Shown here piece after piece: positions 1-13,460 of a stretch of 57,211 bases of DNA (position 1 is the first letter of the stretch; every line of letters starts with the position of its first letter). The DNA is from Vairimorpha necatrix (Eukaryota), in the NCBI GenBank assembly GCA_036630325.1, contig CP142734.1, forward strand, positions 1,054,001 to 1,111,211, read 5' to 3'. Position numbers and translations under genes: made by a program. Below the pieces are notes generated by a model. It was not told the DNA's origin. It saw nothing but the letters and a program-made list of their open reading frames with translations, and searched no databases.

Positions 1-2841
1 CCATTCTAATTAATTCAAAAGTTAAATATAAAAAATCTCTTTAATAAATTTATTCTTTTTTTTATTCCTTTTTATCCATGAACAATTCATTATCTTAAAA
101 TTCTTTTTTTTGTTATTAAATTACAATAAAAATATAAATTATAAATGTTTCCTATCAAGAAAATTAAAAATAAATGTATTTTACTTTTGTGTAACGTTGA
201 TAAGAAAGACAGTAGAGAAATAATGATGGTCTATTATACCCTAATATTTAAATTCTATCTAATTACATGAGTACATATTTATACACGATAAAAATTTGGA
301 TACTTTTTATTTTTTTATATAAACTATTAGTTTGTTTTATTTTGTACAAATTGATATAAAGCTAATTAAAATATGTTTGAAGGACGTTAAATTGCAAAGA
401 ATGGAAAATAACAAGCTACAAGTTTTTATAAAGCTTTTTTAAAAATTTAATGACTAATAAACATAGAAATTAATCTAAGATTTTTTCAGCTAAAAACAAT
501 AAAATATTTACATCTAGCGATTTTTATTACATAATATTTCGCAGATTCTTTATTATTTGTAATATTTTTTTTATTTCTTTTGGCCATATACTTGCCAATT
601 TCATTTAATTATTGTTGTATATAAGAATAAGAAACTATTAAATTACATTATATTAATAAATTTATTTATACAATAAAAAATTGGGTAGCTTTCTAACTGA
701 TTGTATTATAAAATATACAATCACAATCTTCTCGGGAATTATATAAATACAATAAGGAATCATTGAAGCACGATGTCTATTTATTTATGTTAATTGCATC
801 ATTGACTTGATCTAGTTATATTTTTTCAAAAAAATTAAATAATATAACTAATTTAATTTTATATCAAAATTTATATTCTAATTTTATTACCGAATGAAAA
901 AACATAAAATTAAAAATTATAATTTTCCCCAATAGAAAAATGCATCTTGTACTAATAATATATTGTTTATATAAAAATTTGAATTTTTTTTGCATCATTT
1001 AAGCTGTTATAAAATTTATATTATACTATGACAGGACAAACATCCTTCAATTTTTTCGGACAAAAAACTGAAATTTATAAATCCTCGAATAGATTTACCG
1101 TAAAATTAAACATGTAAGCTGTATAAATATGCACAAAACAAACATATTATGATTTTATATGATGTTTTGAAATTTATTATATTATACACTATAATAACTC
1201 CAACTGTATGTATTTTTGCAACTAGAAAAATTAATTTTCAAAATTTACATTTAAACAATCCCCTATACATTATTTATTTTAAAAATAATTTTTATATCTG
1301 ATTGATTTCAGGTTGTTAAATATTGTGAGGCGATTTCTCATTCTTGCATTTTTTTTTATATAATTAAAAATATATCTAAAACAAATTGTTCTTAGTAGAA
1401 TTTTGTTTATTATATTGAGATCAGAAATGTATAATTTAATTTTGCTATCTTTATTTGGTATCTTTTTATTAACAAAAGAAAATCGAACAGTTCCGCGCAA
1501 TACTAACATATATTAGACGGAGTTTTAAATTTTAGTACTATTAATGAAAGTCTAATCGTTTGAACCGGAAGAAAAACAAATTATAAATCAAAAAAAACAA
1601 CACAATCACTTTAAATAATTAGTTTTTTCACATTTTCTATATTTAAATATATAAATATTTTATTTACTTGAACATGACTTCTTCTTCTTCTTATTCTTTA
1701 TTATGTATATCTATTGTGCCTTATACGATTATATCACAATGAATATGTGTATAAGTAAGTTATAATGTTAGTAATAAATAAATAAAGAAAATATAAGTAT
1801 ACAAATATATAAAATCAATCTATGAATAAAAAATAATTATTTAATGATCTTTTTTTTTATAAAGACTTATGCACGTTTAAAAGATAAAAAATAGATTTTC
1901 TTACTCCTCGAACATATAATCAATATTTATATTCTAAATAAATAATTAATTTTTTAATAAGGAAAGATAAATAAGAATACATAAACTATTATAAGTTTTT
2001 AAAATAGATGAAGCTATATTTAACCAAACAAAATTGAATAATAATGACACAAAAAATCATGTCGATTATGTAAATTTTTTATATATCTAACTAGCATATG
2101 CTTCCCTGTTTTGAAAGCGAATTTATATAAAAGTTTTATGGTACGTACCTCCTTTTTTTGAGTTTCCATTTTTGGTCGGAATATGAAAACAGAGAGATGT
2201 AATAAAGAAACCCCAATAATTGGTTATCTTATTTAATTCGAATAACAACATTATATCGCTTTATTCTATATCTTTCAATGAGATGACTTCCTTATGTTTT
2301 ATATTTCAATTCATACACTTTTTTTTTATTTGAATGAACGTTATTATATTGCTTTGTGAAAGATTTAAGTAAATTCTAAAAAAACAATTCCGACGATATT
2401 CCGGAACCGAGTTTCCCAAAAAAAATAAACTAAATACATTTCTATATAGATAAATTATACACACTTCATACATCTAATTTGTAACATCGAACCTAAGTTT
2501 AATTTCATATTGAGTAAACAAGATAATAATAAGTAGATGAAGACTTCAAACTTACAAAATCGAGTGTTAAATTGAAAAATTTTTTATATTGTACTATTAA
2601 ATATCTCACTGAACACTAGATGACAAACAGTTTTAAATTACTTTATTACTATGTTTTATATATTCTTAACTAAAATATTTCTTAACGTAACCATACCTTC
2701 AACTATGTAATTTACTTTTTTCCTCATTTTTTGGTTTCGATATTAAAAAAAAAGAACAAAAACAAAAATCAAAATTTGTATAAATATGTGATATGTATTA
2801 AGTAAAGATTGAAGGAGAAAAAATTTACCTCCACTTATTTT

Positions 2842-4052
2842 TTGTGCAACGGCCTGAGCCCGGACTTTCCCTATTTTTTTCACGTACTGAATCCTGACAC
2901 AGACCGTAAAATGGGAAAATGGACTCTTACTAACCACATCCCCAAGATACGAAATTTTGCAGTTTTGTTTGAATTTCATTCAGATTAACATTTTTTAGCT
3001 ATAAACTTCTTTCTTTTTAGACTATTTTTTCAAAAATATTTATTTTTATGATATGCCCAGGGCTGATTGACAGTAGGTCAAAAATCTTCCAAGACCCAAT
3101 GAGGCAATATGTTGGCTAGTGGATGAAATTACTAAAAATTGCCATAGAATGTACGATTTGTCCTGGGATAAGAGTATTCCCTCCGAATAATTCGTACATA
3201 GGCTGCCAACGGTTTAAGTGTAGGGGAAAGGGTGGATGTTGAGCTAATATGGAGTTTTTGATAAAACTTCCATTTCGAATCCCTGAATACCTAAACACAA
3301 TTATTGGTATATTTTGTATTCATCGAATAAAAAGCAGTCTACACTAAACTTAATAAAAATTACGTGTGTCAGCTTCCAGTGTTTTCAGGACTAAAAAAAA
3401 AGTATATGAAGCACTGAGAAAGGAAAACATCAAATACCAAAAAAAAAAGGAGGGGTTGAAGAAGTGACACATACCGATGAAGCTGCTATAGTAAAAGGGA
3501 AATTTGTCATATTTTTGTCGGGAAGATATGACACAGTCAAAATTGTACATGTTTTATTGGTACAATAGAAGAGCGAACGTTCGAATTAAGAACCGAGATA
3601 ATACCTAGCCGTACTATACAGGCGATGACTAAGTCTTTTAAAAATACATAAAAAACGAAACGACTTGCACATTGGAAGAGCATAAATCTCATCCCGCAGC
3701 AGTAAAATCTATCAATGAAGATCATCGCGTTGTAGTCCATGATGGCGGTTTTATCCACAAAGCCAGAGAGACCAGAAATATAATAAAAGGAGTCTGGTTT
3801 AGCTTAAATGTGATACAATAACCAGAAAAGAATTAACAAAAATGCAATCACAGATTTTTTTTGAAGATCTTATTTGGAGAATATATGCGCTATATATTTT
3901 AATATCAAGAGTTGAGAATGTTTATTTGAAATTATCAAAGTTTTCTTGGAATAAAATGTTTTATTATTATTATTTTTTCGATTCTCTCCAAGGGTCCCTT
4001 AGGAGAAAAAAAGTCCGGGCTCAGACCGTTGCGCAACTCGAGAGATTACACC
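2842..4052 (+). mobile_element. Decayed Merlin/ISXO2 (IS1595-like) DNA transposon, second family
   Basis: 27-bp inverted repeats at 2842-2868 (ttgtgcaacggcctgagcccggacttt) and 4010-4036, with 2 mismatches. Hand translation of the + strand gives broken transposase motifs: ECTICPG..FKCRGKGGC (Zn ribbon), GGVEEVTHTDEAAIVKGK, FIGTIEERT and HRVVVHDGGF...NIIKGVWFSL. These are colinear with GGQDIIVEIDESKIGK, FGIVERT and HRTVNHSQTF...NTIEGNWRSL of the 15-kb transposase. Outer ends are uncertain. Confidence 0.75.
3100..3840 (+). pseudogene. ISXO2/Merlin transposase pseudogene (multiple stops and frameshifts)
   Basis: The motif fragments lie in several frames between the inverted repeats; none forms an ORF in the supplied track. 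Boundaries are approximate. Confidence 0.7.
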
Positions 4053-5433
4053 TTAGAGTTTAGCAGCGATATTTTACAATACATGCATTAGTTATACGCG
4101 ATGATGTAAAATTTTTCAACATTTTTTGTTGTATAAGTTTCGGTTCCAGTTTGATATTAATTTTTTGAGTTTAGCGTACACAAGTTTCATGAATATAATA
4201 TTTTCGTAAAAACATAACTATAACATGAATAAAGATACAACATATTTTTAAAAGCAATAATTTTCAGTTCTCTTTATGAATAATACTTTTATCTATTCAT
4301 TAAAAATCAAACTTTCAACAACTGACTACGAAGATGCCTTTTTTCATTATAAATGTATTATTTTGTATTATAAAATAGGATACAACTATATTATTATGCA
4401 TTTACAAAATCATTATAGGTAATACTAAATAAATTTTTGTGAAAATTGTTAAAGAGAACTAAAAGAAATTAAAAATATTTCAATGCTTATACTACAGTTA
4501 ATATATGAATATTTAGATGTATAAAATTTTTGAATGTATATAAAATAAAAAAATGATTGCGATAACGAGTGTTTTTTAGATTAAAAACTAGCAATACATG
4601 TTAAATTCTAGAATGTGACATATTTAAATTTAAAAAATATCTTACAAAAAGCGTTTCATTACATTTTTAGAATTTAAAAAATAAAACGCAAAAAAATTGA
4701 ACTTTACACATATAACTAAACATCTTAATATTATGGATTAAAGTAAATAAAATAATTCTAAAAAGTTTTATTGATGCTTTATATTGCTATATTTTTATCA
4801 TTAATTCTACTAATGTAAAACCATTTTAATGTGTATTATTTGTTTTTAATTGTTAAATCTAGCAAGTGTTTTTCTAATTTAACGTCGTTTCAGCAAATAG
4901 GGCTACTTCTTCATTTTGGTCTTATTTATTGTCTTAAATAATTTTTGTATACCCGTGTTCTTTCTTTTTTGTTATTGATTTACACTAGTTAAAAAAGACA
5001 CTCTTAAAGAGTTTATTTCTTTTGCATTTCCTTCCTTTTTATGTTTTTTATGCAGATGATAAATTAGCTAAAGAATATAAATCACAAAGAGGTTAAATAA
5101 TACCATGTCCAGACAATAAACACTTTTTGCAAATACAACGAATCTACTTTTTTGTAATAGTTTTATACGACGTTTTACTCAATAATTAAAAAGATGACTA
5201 TTAAGTTTTTTTCTGATCAGAATTATACATGTATGAGCATTTTTTATATATGAACACCTTTTTATATTTAGAATTTATATTATGTTTTATTAACATTTTA
5301 TTTTAAATTGTAATAATAATAATATGTTGATTTTTTATGTTAATTATGACAAAAAAATTAAATGCATGAGAATGCATTTAATTTAATAATTTCTTTTTGT
5401 TTATTTCTGTGCACCCAATTTCATTTGCCCTTA

Positions 5434-6231
5434 ATGTTTTTAATTTTTATAATTATTTTTTGTTCCTCATTAAATATTAATAGATGTATAGAAACTCTTA
5501 ATTGTCAAAGAGATATAACTGAAAATTTTAGGAAAGCTGAGAGTTACGAAGAAGATATTTATAATGTAATCAATAAAAATATATTTGAGGATATTGAAAC
5601 CTATAACTTAAAACAAGAAATGGAAATGTATATCAATGATAAAGATTTTAATAAGTTTATTGAAATTGACTCAATAGAATTAGATACGCAGAAGGCCTTG
5701 GATAAACTTGAAAATGCTATTTTAGAAAATAACTCCGTAAATCAAAACAAGAAACTTCCTTTTTATAATTCCTCCAAACTCTTGACTAATTGTCAAAAAA
5801 GTATGAATGAGTTTAAATTCAGAATAAATAGGATGAAAATAATTAAGTACTTTATAAATTTAGACGAAGAATCAAACGAAATCCTTAAAGAGTGCTATAA
5901 AAAGATTTATATTTTTTCACAATATATAAAACTTCAAACTAAAAAAGAATTCGTCAAAACTTTTGAAAAAATAGAAAATTTATGTTTGAAGAAAGAAACT
6001 TATAATTTAATTACACAAGTTGTAAGTATATTTAAAGAATTTATGACAATTTTCGATTTAAGGAGAAAATATGGCAGTAATAAGATATACTCAGCATACA
6101 ACAAAATTTCAACAAATAATTATAATAAAGAGGTATTGTTATTATTTAATTATATACCAATAATAAAAACTTTTCAAGACGTGGAAGAAGAATTGAAACA
6201 TAGTAAATGTGAGGATATACAAAACATTTAG
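5434..6231 (+). CDS. Orphan putative secreted protein (~265 aa)
   Basis: 289-aa ORF at 5362-6231. The in-frame ATG at 5434 follows gccc-tta (CCC-type start motif) and begins a signal-peptide-like segment, MFLIFIIIFCSS. The body is K/E/N/I-rich with no recognisable domain. Confidence 0.7.
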   Translation: MFLIFIIIFCSSLNINRCIETLNCQRDITENFRKAESYEEDIYNVINKNIFEDIETYNLKQEMEMYINDKDFNKFIEIDSIELDTQKALDKLENAILENNSVNQNKKLPFYNSSKLLTNCQKSMNEFKFRINRMKIIKYFINLDEESNEILKECYKKIYIFSQYIKLQTKKEFVKTFEKIENLCLKKETYNLITQVVSIFKEFMTIFDLRRKYGSNKIYSAYNKISTNNYNKEVLLLFNYIPIIKTFQDVEEELKHSKCEDIQNI

Positions 6232-7268
6232 AAGTACTCACAATCATAAATTCATTATTAAGAAAATTACATAGAGTATCTTTGAGGACAAATGAATGCA
6301 TAAAAATCCATGAATTAATAGATCAAATATATAGAAAGGACTAAAATATTATTTTTCATTTCATACAATGTATGTTCGAAAATTATATATAAGTGAAAAA
6401 AACACTACTTTTGATATATAATTTATATTTGGCTGATATTATTATCCAAACATCATATTTAAGTTGGCCGAATGTCAATAAAAAGAATTCTATAGATACA
6501 GCCCCATTTAATGGATTTTCTATATTAATTTTTTTAATTGTAATCGCTAATATAGGATTAAGCTATGTTAATTTGTTTGATTCATATATATATATATATA
6601 TATATATATCGAGTTCAAAATAAACATAAAATCAAGATTTTTTGGATTTTAAATTTAGTTTTTCTATAGTAATTCATCATTTTAACAAAGGTGCATCTAA
6701 ATAATAATTTTCATATTCTTTTAGATACAAAAATTTCTTTCGTGGTCTTTTCTTCGTAAATCTTTTACGTAACAAAATCTTTGATCATATTGTTAAATAT
6801 AGGAGTTCCCCATGCAAAATCCATCTAGATGGAAAACATTAATTTTTGGAAATAACCTCTTTTAAAAAAAATCAAAACTTAAAATAAGGAGGAGAAAGAC
6901 CCTTAATAAAAATTTAAAACAAAACAATAAAAAACCGTTATCAAATATTTAATTCTTCATTTTAGCTTTTTATACTGTTACTTACTTGATCAAATCTTCT
7001 CTTCATTATACATTTCAATAGATCTTGTAGAAAATTCCTTAAATATTTTCAATAAAAATTTACCAAAACTACATTAGAATATTGAAACGAAGCTATACAA
7101 GAAATATTAAAAAGTTACAATGAAAATAGTCTTGTACATGTTTATATTTTATAATTTACTATTTGATGTTATATACAACATATGAATGTTTTCGATAATA
7201 CAAAAATGAAAATTAATTTTTTTCAAAAACTATAAAAAATTAATAAACTAAAAAATAATACAATTAAA

Positions 7269-7818
7269 GGCTAATAACAGTTTAGCAGAAAAATTTCGAT
7301 TTAGGGGGGGTTTTGCCCTTTTAAAAAACGGAGGAAAGAAGATTTTAAGAAAAAAAAAACCAAAAATATATTTTATGCATCAAAATTAAAATTTAATAAT
7401 ATTTATAACAATCATATACTCTTAAAAGTTCTGATTAAATTTTTTCTTATGATAATAGGAGATCTTTGTTCAACTTTTTATAACGTTAAGTAAAATAGCT
7501 AATTCGATTAAAGAAGAGAATATACATAAATCATTTGTAATATAAGAATTCTACATATTTCGCAAATAAATATAAAAATGATAAACTAGTCAAAATTTCG
7601 TTATTTTTTATTATGTTTGAACGAACACAGACCCTTTAAAACGTAAAATCATAAAAAAAATTACATATTGTGCACTTTTGTTAGGTTATAATGTAAAAAA
7701 TATAAATTGATAGGATATTTCTAATTCTTTTCTTGTAAAAATTCTTTCCTCCGTTTTCGAAAAAAGGGGCAAAAAAACCCTATATCGAAATTTTTTTTTG
7801 CTAAAGCCGACATTAGCC
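7269..7818. mobile_element. Non-autonomous Merlin-type MITE (550 bp)
   Basis: About 70-bp imperfect TIRs (ggctaat...ttgccc.ttt.aaaaacggaggaaagaa and its reverse complement) resembling the TIRs of the 14963-16028 element. Degenerate 8-bp TSD caattaaa/caattatt. No ORF inside. Confidence 0.85.
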
Positions 7819-8377
7819 CAATTATTTTATACTTTATAAAAAATGTAATTTATATAAAAAAAAAGCCAAGATAAAACAATACAAAATGATAAGGAATTAT
7901 CTATAACTTTGACTAATATTTTAATAATACAAGTGAATAGAAACTGGTTTTACATATTAAGACGTATATTATTAACATTTTTTGAGAAAAAAAACTATAG
8001 AATGGTTCATATGATTATGTTTTTCATACAATATGATTAAATTAGAACTATTTAAACTATTATTGGACTGCAAATTATTTATTTTCTTCTTTTTTTTTGA
8101 TTTCGAATTTAACAAAAAAAGAATATTTTATAATAATTGTTATTTATGTAAGGGGAGGAAGTAAAAATCGTCCTACCTTAAATGTTATTTGGATAGATTG
8201 CTTTATTGTTTATAATAACAACAAATGCCACATTTAAGTATAAACAAATCTAAAAGGAGACAATAAGAACTCAATCATTTAGTTTATATGCAATCTCTTT
8301 AAACTTTTTGATTTTTTTCGTATGATCAAATTTATGACGTAAAATGATTGTATAAATATTTATTTTTTTAGCCCATT

Positions 8378-10548
8378 ATGAAAATCTCTATAGTATTACT
8401 TATGTGTTTGTCGGCACAAACTAGCCATCCTCTATACGAAAAAATATATGAAAGTTTTATAAAAGATATAGAAAAAGGTAATTTTATATCATACAATCCT
8501 TTAAATCCAGAAAACAATATAACTATCTTGGCGGACTTTTGTAGATCGACTGCATGGTTTGGAAAGTTAACTTGTACGGTTAAAACATTTAACGGTTAAA
8601 ATTTGGGCGAATTTGTCCTTGACACAAAAAATAAACCGACAAAAGATATTATAATTAAAATGGAAGAAGAAATAGAAAAAATATTAATTGCGCCCGAGCA
8701 TTATTAAAAGTATTTTAAACTCTACATGTTCTCAAGAAAACCATCCTATTATGTTAAAGTTTGTGTACGAACTAAAAAAAGCAAACAACGAAAGAATGGC
8801 AAATAACTCTTTTTTTAAGATACACTATAAAAAAATATGTAGTGTAGGAAATGAAAAAACAAATTTTTTTTTTAAATTTATAATGATAGTAGTGAAAGTT
8901 ATTTTGAAAAGTTCAAGACTAATATTTTTCATTATATAGATTTTTTTACACAGAGTTATAAAATTGTATTGAGAATTGACATTGAAAACATTTGTCATGT
9001 AATGGAATTTTGTGTTGATGATTTTTATCACTTGGTTTTACCAGAAATTGACATTCAAAAATTTTATAGATATCAAATTGCAAGAAAACTATTTGATATT
9101 ACAATTTATACCACCACGATATCATCTTTAATTATATAAAAAAAAAAAAATATTCTGTACACTTAATTATATTTTTTTGAATGATGATGAAAATAGTTTT
9201 GAACTAAATATAGAAACAGAAGTAATAATTTTTAAAATTGACGACAAGGAATTTCACTACTTTTTAGAGCAGTATAACGTCAAAGAATCGAACAATGTTT
9301 ACATAAGCACAGATTGCTACAGAAATATTTAAATTATCATCTCTGCCTTAACTAGAACGAATATTGATAATGGCATTTGGTGTTTTTACAAGTTATTACT
9401 TAATAATGAAAATTTAGATTTTTTAGTTCAAAGAATATTGCTTAGTTCGGGATCAGCAATAAATATCATTTTTAGTCATTTATTGTTGTGTAAAAAAACA
9501 ATTGATATTTGTACATTACATAAATTAATCAAAGATAAAGAATATGTTGAAACTAACATATTAGAACTATCAGAAAAGATAACAGCAGATCTAAATAAGC
9601 CTATTTCCAACGATTATTTGTATTTAATCGCCCTTTGCTTGCTTTTGGAATTAGAAGCATATATAAACGAAACTGACTTAGTCAAAAATATTTTTTTTAT
9701 ATTAATAAAAGAAATTGGGATTTATATTTTGGCAGAACAAAACGAAAATGAGGCCGAAAAAGATAAAACTAGACATATTAATTTAATTGAAGCTTTTAGA
9801 TTAATTTCAGATACACATAAAGAGGTGTATTTTAGAACCCGGGACATAGTGTTGGAAAATATCTGTCAAATAGCGATGTTATTTACAGGATTATACTCTT
9901 TTAACATACCTGATAAATATATGAACAAATATACAAAGATAAACCAAGATGATGTTATCACTAAAATTAAGTTAGATAAATTTAATATAAAAAAAAATAA
10001 TGAAAATATAAGAAAAAGAATCAAAGAAAAAAATATTGAAAGTACAATGAAATTTCAAAAAATACAAATTTTAAAAGAAATAATATCAAAAACAAATATC
10101 GAAGAAAAGTTGAATAATTTACGTTTAGAAATTATGGAAAGATACATACATACAAACGAATCGATATGAATCAGAAAAAAAGATAATTGAAAATAAAGGC
10201 AGAATTGAAATAACTAATGCTTTTAATAAATGTGAATCAGATCTATTGCGCATGAATATAAGTACAGAGATAATAAATGAATATAGAAATATATTTATAG
10301 ATAAATTTATATTGAGTCTATTAAATTTTACACCTGAAAATATGGGAACGTATTGCAAAGAATTGTTATATACCTCGATAATAAACCTACTAAAAAGTGA
10401 GTTTTTTGATGATGAATCTGAAAAAGTAAAAAGAAAAAGATTTTTTCAAAATATAAAAAATTTGTTGAACGAAAGTGAAGTTTTTAGAATCGTAAATAAT
10501 AACTTAAAATTATTTAATGAAATAATGGTCGAATTGAAAAAACACTAA
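8378..10548 (+). pseudogene. Fragmented large orphan secreted-protein gene (~720 codons)
   Basis: gcccatt-ATG start with signal-like MKISIVLLMCLSA. Protein-like reading continues past the in-frame TAA at 8597 (NLGEFVLDTKNKPTKDIIIKMEEEIEKIL). Colinear + strand ORF pieces at 8688-8939, 9438-10169 and 10246-10548. Confidence 0.6.
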
Positions 10549-10736
10549 AAAATTTTACCTTGATTCTTATATTTATAAATTACAAATTTTGATCATAATT
10601 AAATACGCAATAAAATACCTCTGCATAAGAATACATATGTTCCTTATGTTTTTTATATTTTACCGTAAGGGATTTTTATTATTAATTTACTCTACTATCT
10701 TTTAATAAAAAGTTATGAGTTTTGCAAAAACCTAAC

Positions 10737-11077
10737 TGTAGTATTACAAATACCACAAATAATTATTTTTTTTTATAAATTTCCCCTTTTTGGAAAATAG
10801 ACCGGTCGACCGGTCTATTCCAAAAATTAAATATTTATTTCTTTGTTGCCTGACTACCACCGGATGATGAAAGAGAACATCGATCAATTCCCTTGAAACA
10901 CAAGACCAAGGAAGGACTACAAAGCCGGGTACCAGACTCCCTATAGATATGTCCACCGAGGCTTTAAAACTAAAAATAATATATAATTTATTAGAACATT
11001 ATTTATCTAAAAGTAGTCATCTGGATTAAGTCACTGACGATCATTCGTTTATAATATTTTGTGGTATTATAACTACT
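10737..11077. mobile_element. Solo-LTR-like element (~340 bp)
   Basis: Starts tgtagt and ends actac(t), with ~25-bp imperfect terminal inverted repeats. Flanked by a near-TSD ctaac/ctaaa. GC-richer core containing a perfect 24-bp palindrome at 10796-10819. Confidence 0.5.
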
Positions 11078-11164
11078 CTAAAAAATAATTTTTCCTTCTT
11101 TATAATTACAATTTTAGAAAATAGTCATTTTGACCGTCCTATTTAAAAGCTATATATAATTTAT

Positions 11165-13460
11165 TTGGGTAATATATTCGGCTTATTAATTACTTTTCAC
11201 AAGATACGCTTACAGTCTCATCTGGCAGTTCCAGGACTCCCTTCTGAGATTTACTCATTGGGCTCTCGAAAACCCCTTCCTGATCTGTATCAAGCCCATG
11301 TCTGGCTGACATAGTTAGGCTTTCTAAAGTCATTTTAATGTTTCTTGACTGTATATATGCTTCCGTTCTGATTTCTAATCTGAGCACTTTGATATGCGTA
11401 CTATGAAAATTAGTTACTATTCCATCCCACGTCATCACATAAAGAATAAATTTCGGCTTGTATTTGTAGAGAGAAGCTACATGATTTGCTAGCAAGTCGT
11501 ATTTATGTTTCTTTTCTGTTTCTACTGCATGGAGGTCGTTAAAACTTGTGATTCCAACTTCTACAACGATCACTTCTTTTCTCAACTTGTCTACAATTAG
11601 TATATCAGGCTTGTTATACTTTTTTAAATACTTGAATGTATCCTACTGTCGACTCGTATCTCAACATACTCATTAGCTACACATTCCTGGACTGAATGAT
11701 TTCTAATTCTTTTGGCATGGGATAGACCATACGTCTTACACAACTGCAGGTGGATGCATCGCAGTGCCTCATTGTGCCGTCTCATGTAATCATGTGAAAG
11801 CATACGATCACATTGGGTAGCCATATTATTTACTGTCTTTGCATATTCATGGCAGTGTGGGCATTTTTTCTGCTTCTCTAAGAAAATATTTCGGTCCTGT
11901 AATGCACAAAAATTGCCTTCCTCTCTCGGGCTTATAATTTCTTTTTGTGAGCCACGTGGCAGCCTGTTTTATATCAATAAGTGAATCGTCTTTTGGTCTA
12001 AATAGCTTTGAATGGTTTGTTTTTATTTTTATATCGCTATAAAGAGATTCGGTTTGAGCCTCTATTAATATTTTAGCTGTTACGTTTTCCTTAAGTTTAT
12101 ATTTTTCTTTTAATATCCTTCTATGGTGGATAGATATGTATAGCCAGTTTTCTCAGAGTGGAAAATCGCTTTGCGTCTTAGAACAGATTCTTTCGTGCTT
12201 TCAAATTCTTTGGCTAGTTGTAAAAGCATTCTTTCACTTTTATGTTCTACGCATTGGAGCCCTCTTCCAAGTTCGGCTCTGGAGAGATATAATCTTTCTT
12301 TAGTTGCAGGTTGTTGATGGACGTGATATTTAATCAATAATTTTCTGATGTTGTCGTCTATGATCTTGTATTCTTCTGGTTCAGCATCTATTATTCCTAT
12401 ATAGTAATTTATTAGGCTTATTCCATGTTCATTGATTGCTTTAAACAAATGTTTCGCATTCGGCTTAGTTTTACATAACTTTTCGATTCTTATTTTGATG
12501 GCCTTCCATATTTTTTCCTTTGTTTCCTTCATTATCTTACCTTCGTGGATTTCCGTAATGCCTAGATATTTATACCCCTCATGCCCCTCTAGCAACTTGC
12601 CTTCATCTTTACACTTTATACTATTTGTAGCCGATTTTCCACGTTGATTTCTAGACCTACAGTATTAAAGAATTTTCTTGTCTCATCTATCATCTCTTTC
12701 AATACTTCCTCATTTTGACAAGAAATTTTAAATCGTCAATAAACAACAAATGGTTAGTTACAAATGCTAGTTCTCCCAACGGGATGCTTAACTTTGGGTA
12801 TATACTATTCAATTTACGACTTAGCGGGTCTATACACAGCTCAAACAATAACGGGGACAAACTATCTCCTTGTAATATTCCTCTTCTGACCTTCTTTTCC
12901 ATGATCTTCTCATTTCCTTCAAATATTTCTAGATTCCACTTGCTGGCCATTATTTCTATTGTCTTACATATCCACTCTGGTAGTCCCAGAGCTTTAATGC
13001 ATTTTATTAAATAGTCATGTCTTACTGAGTCATACGTCTTCTTAACATCTATCCAGGCCGGTTTAATTTTATAATTTTATTCTCTATTCAGCATGTAATT
13101 TGTCATTGCCTGTTCTTTAGCTCCCTGCACTTTCCTCTTTGCTCCCATCTGGTTATCTGCTAATAGAGAGTTTGATTCCACTAGTTCCTGGAGTAAGTAT
13201 GTAATACATTTTGTTGTAAGTTTGTACAAGTTGGACATACATGTAATGGGTCTAAAGTCTTATTCTTCCACTGGTTGCCCTTTAGGTATCAGATAAGTAA
13301 TTCCTCTGTAAAACCATTCTTCTTCCGTATAACTCTCCAGGCATATTTTCTTAATTACTTTGTAAAGAGATTCATGTAGGCTAGACGTTTTCTTTATAAA
13401 GAAATTATAGACTTTATCTGGACCTGCTGCTTTCCAGTTGGGCAGCCATCAAACAATGAA
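11165..13460 (-). mobile_element. 5'-truncated, degenerate non-LTR retrotransposon with restriction-like endonuclease (R4/Dong-like)
   Basis: Minus-strand fragments in order: LPNWKAAGPD, DFRPITCMSNLYK, WIDVKKTYDSV, GILQGDSLSPLLF, HLLFIDDLK (RT), YKYLG, RLYLSRAELGRGL, CPHC...NMATQC (CCHC with H replaced by N), RRHN and KPDILIVD...VEVG (RLE). Stop at 11190. Several frameshifts and stops. Confidence 0.9.

Noticed and set aside
10790-11145. Possible hammerhead ribozyme (ctgacga at ~11035, GAAA-stem-UUC at ~10793)
   Set aside because: The core elements cannot be joined by stems I and II in a valid order.
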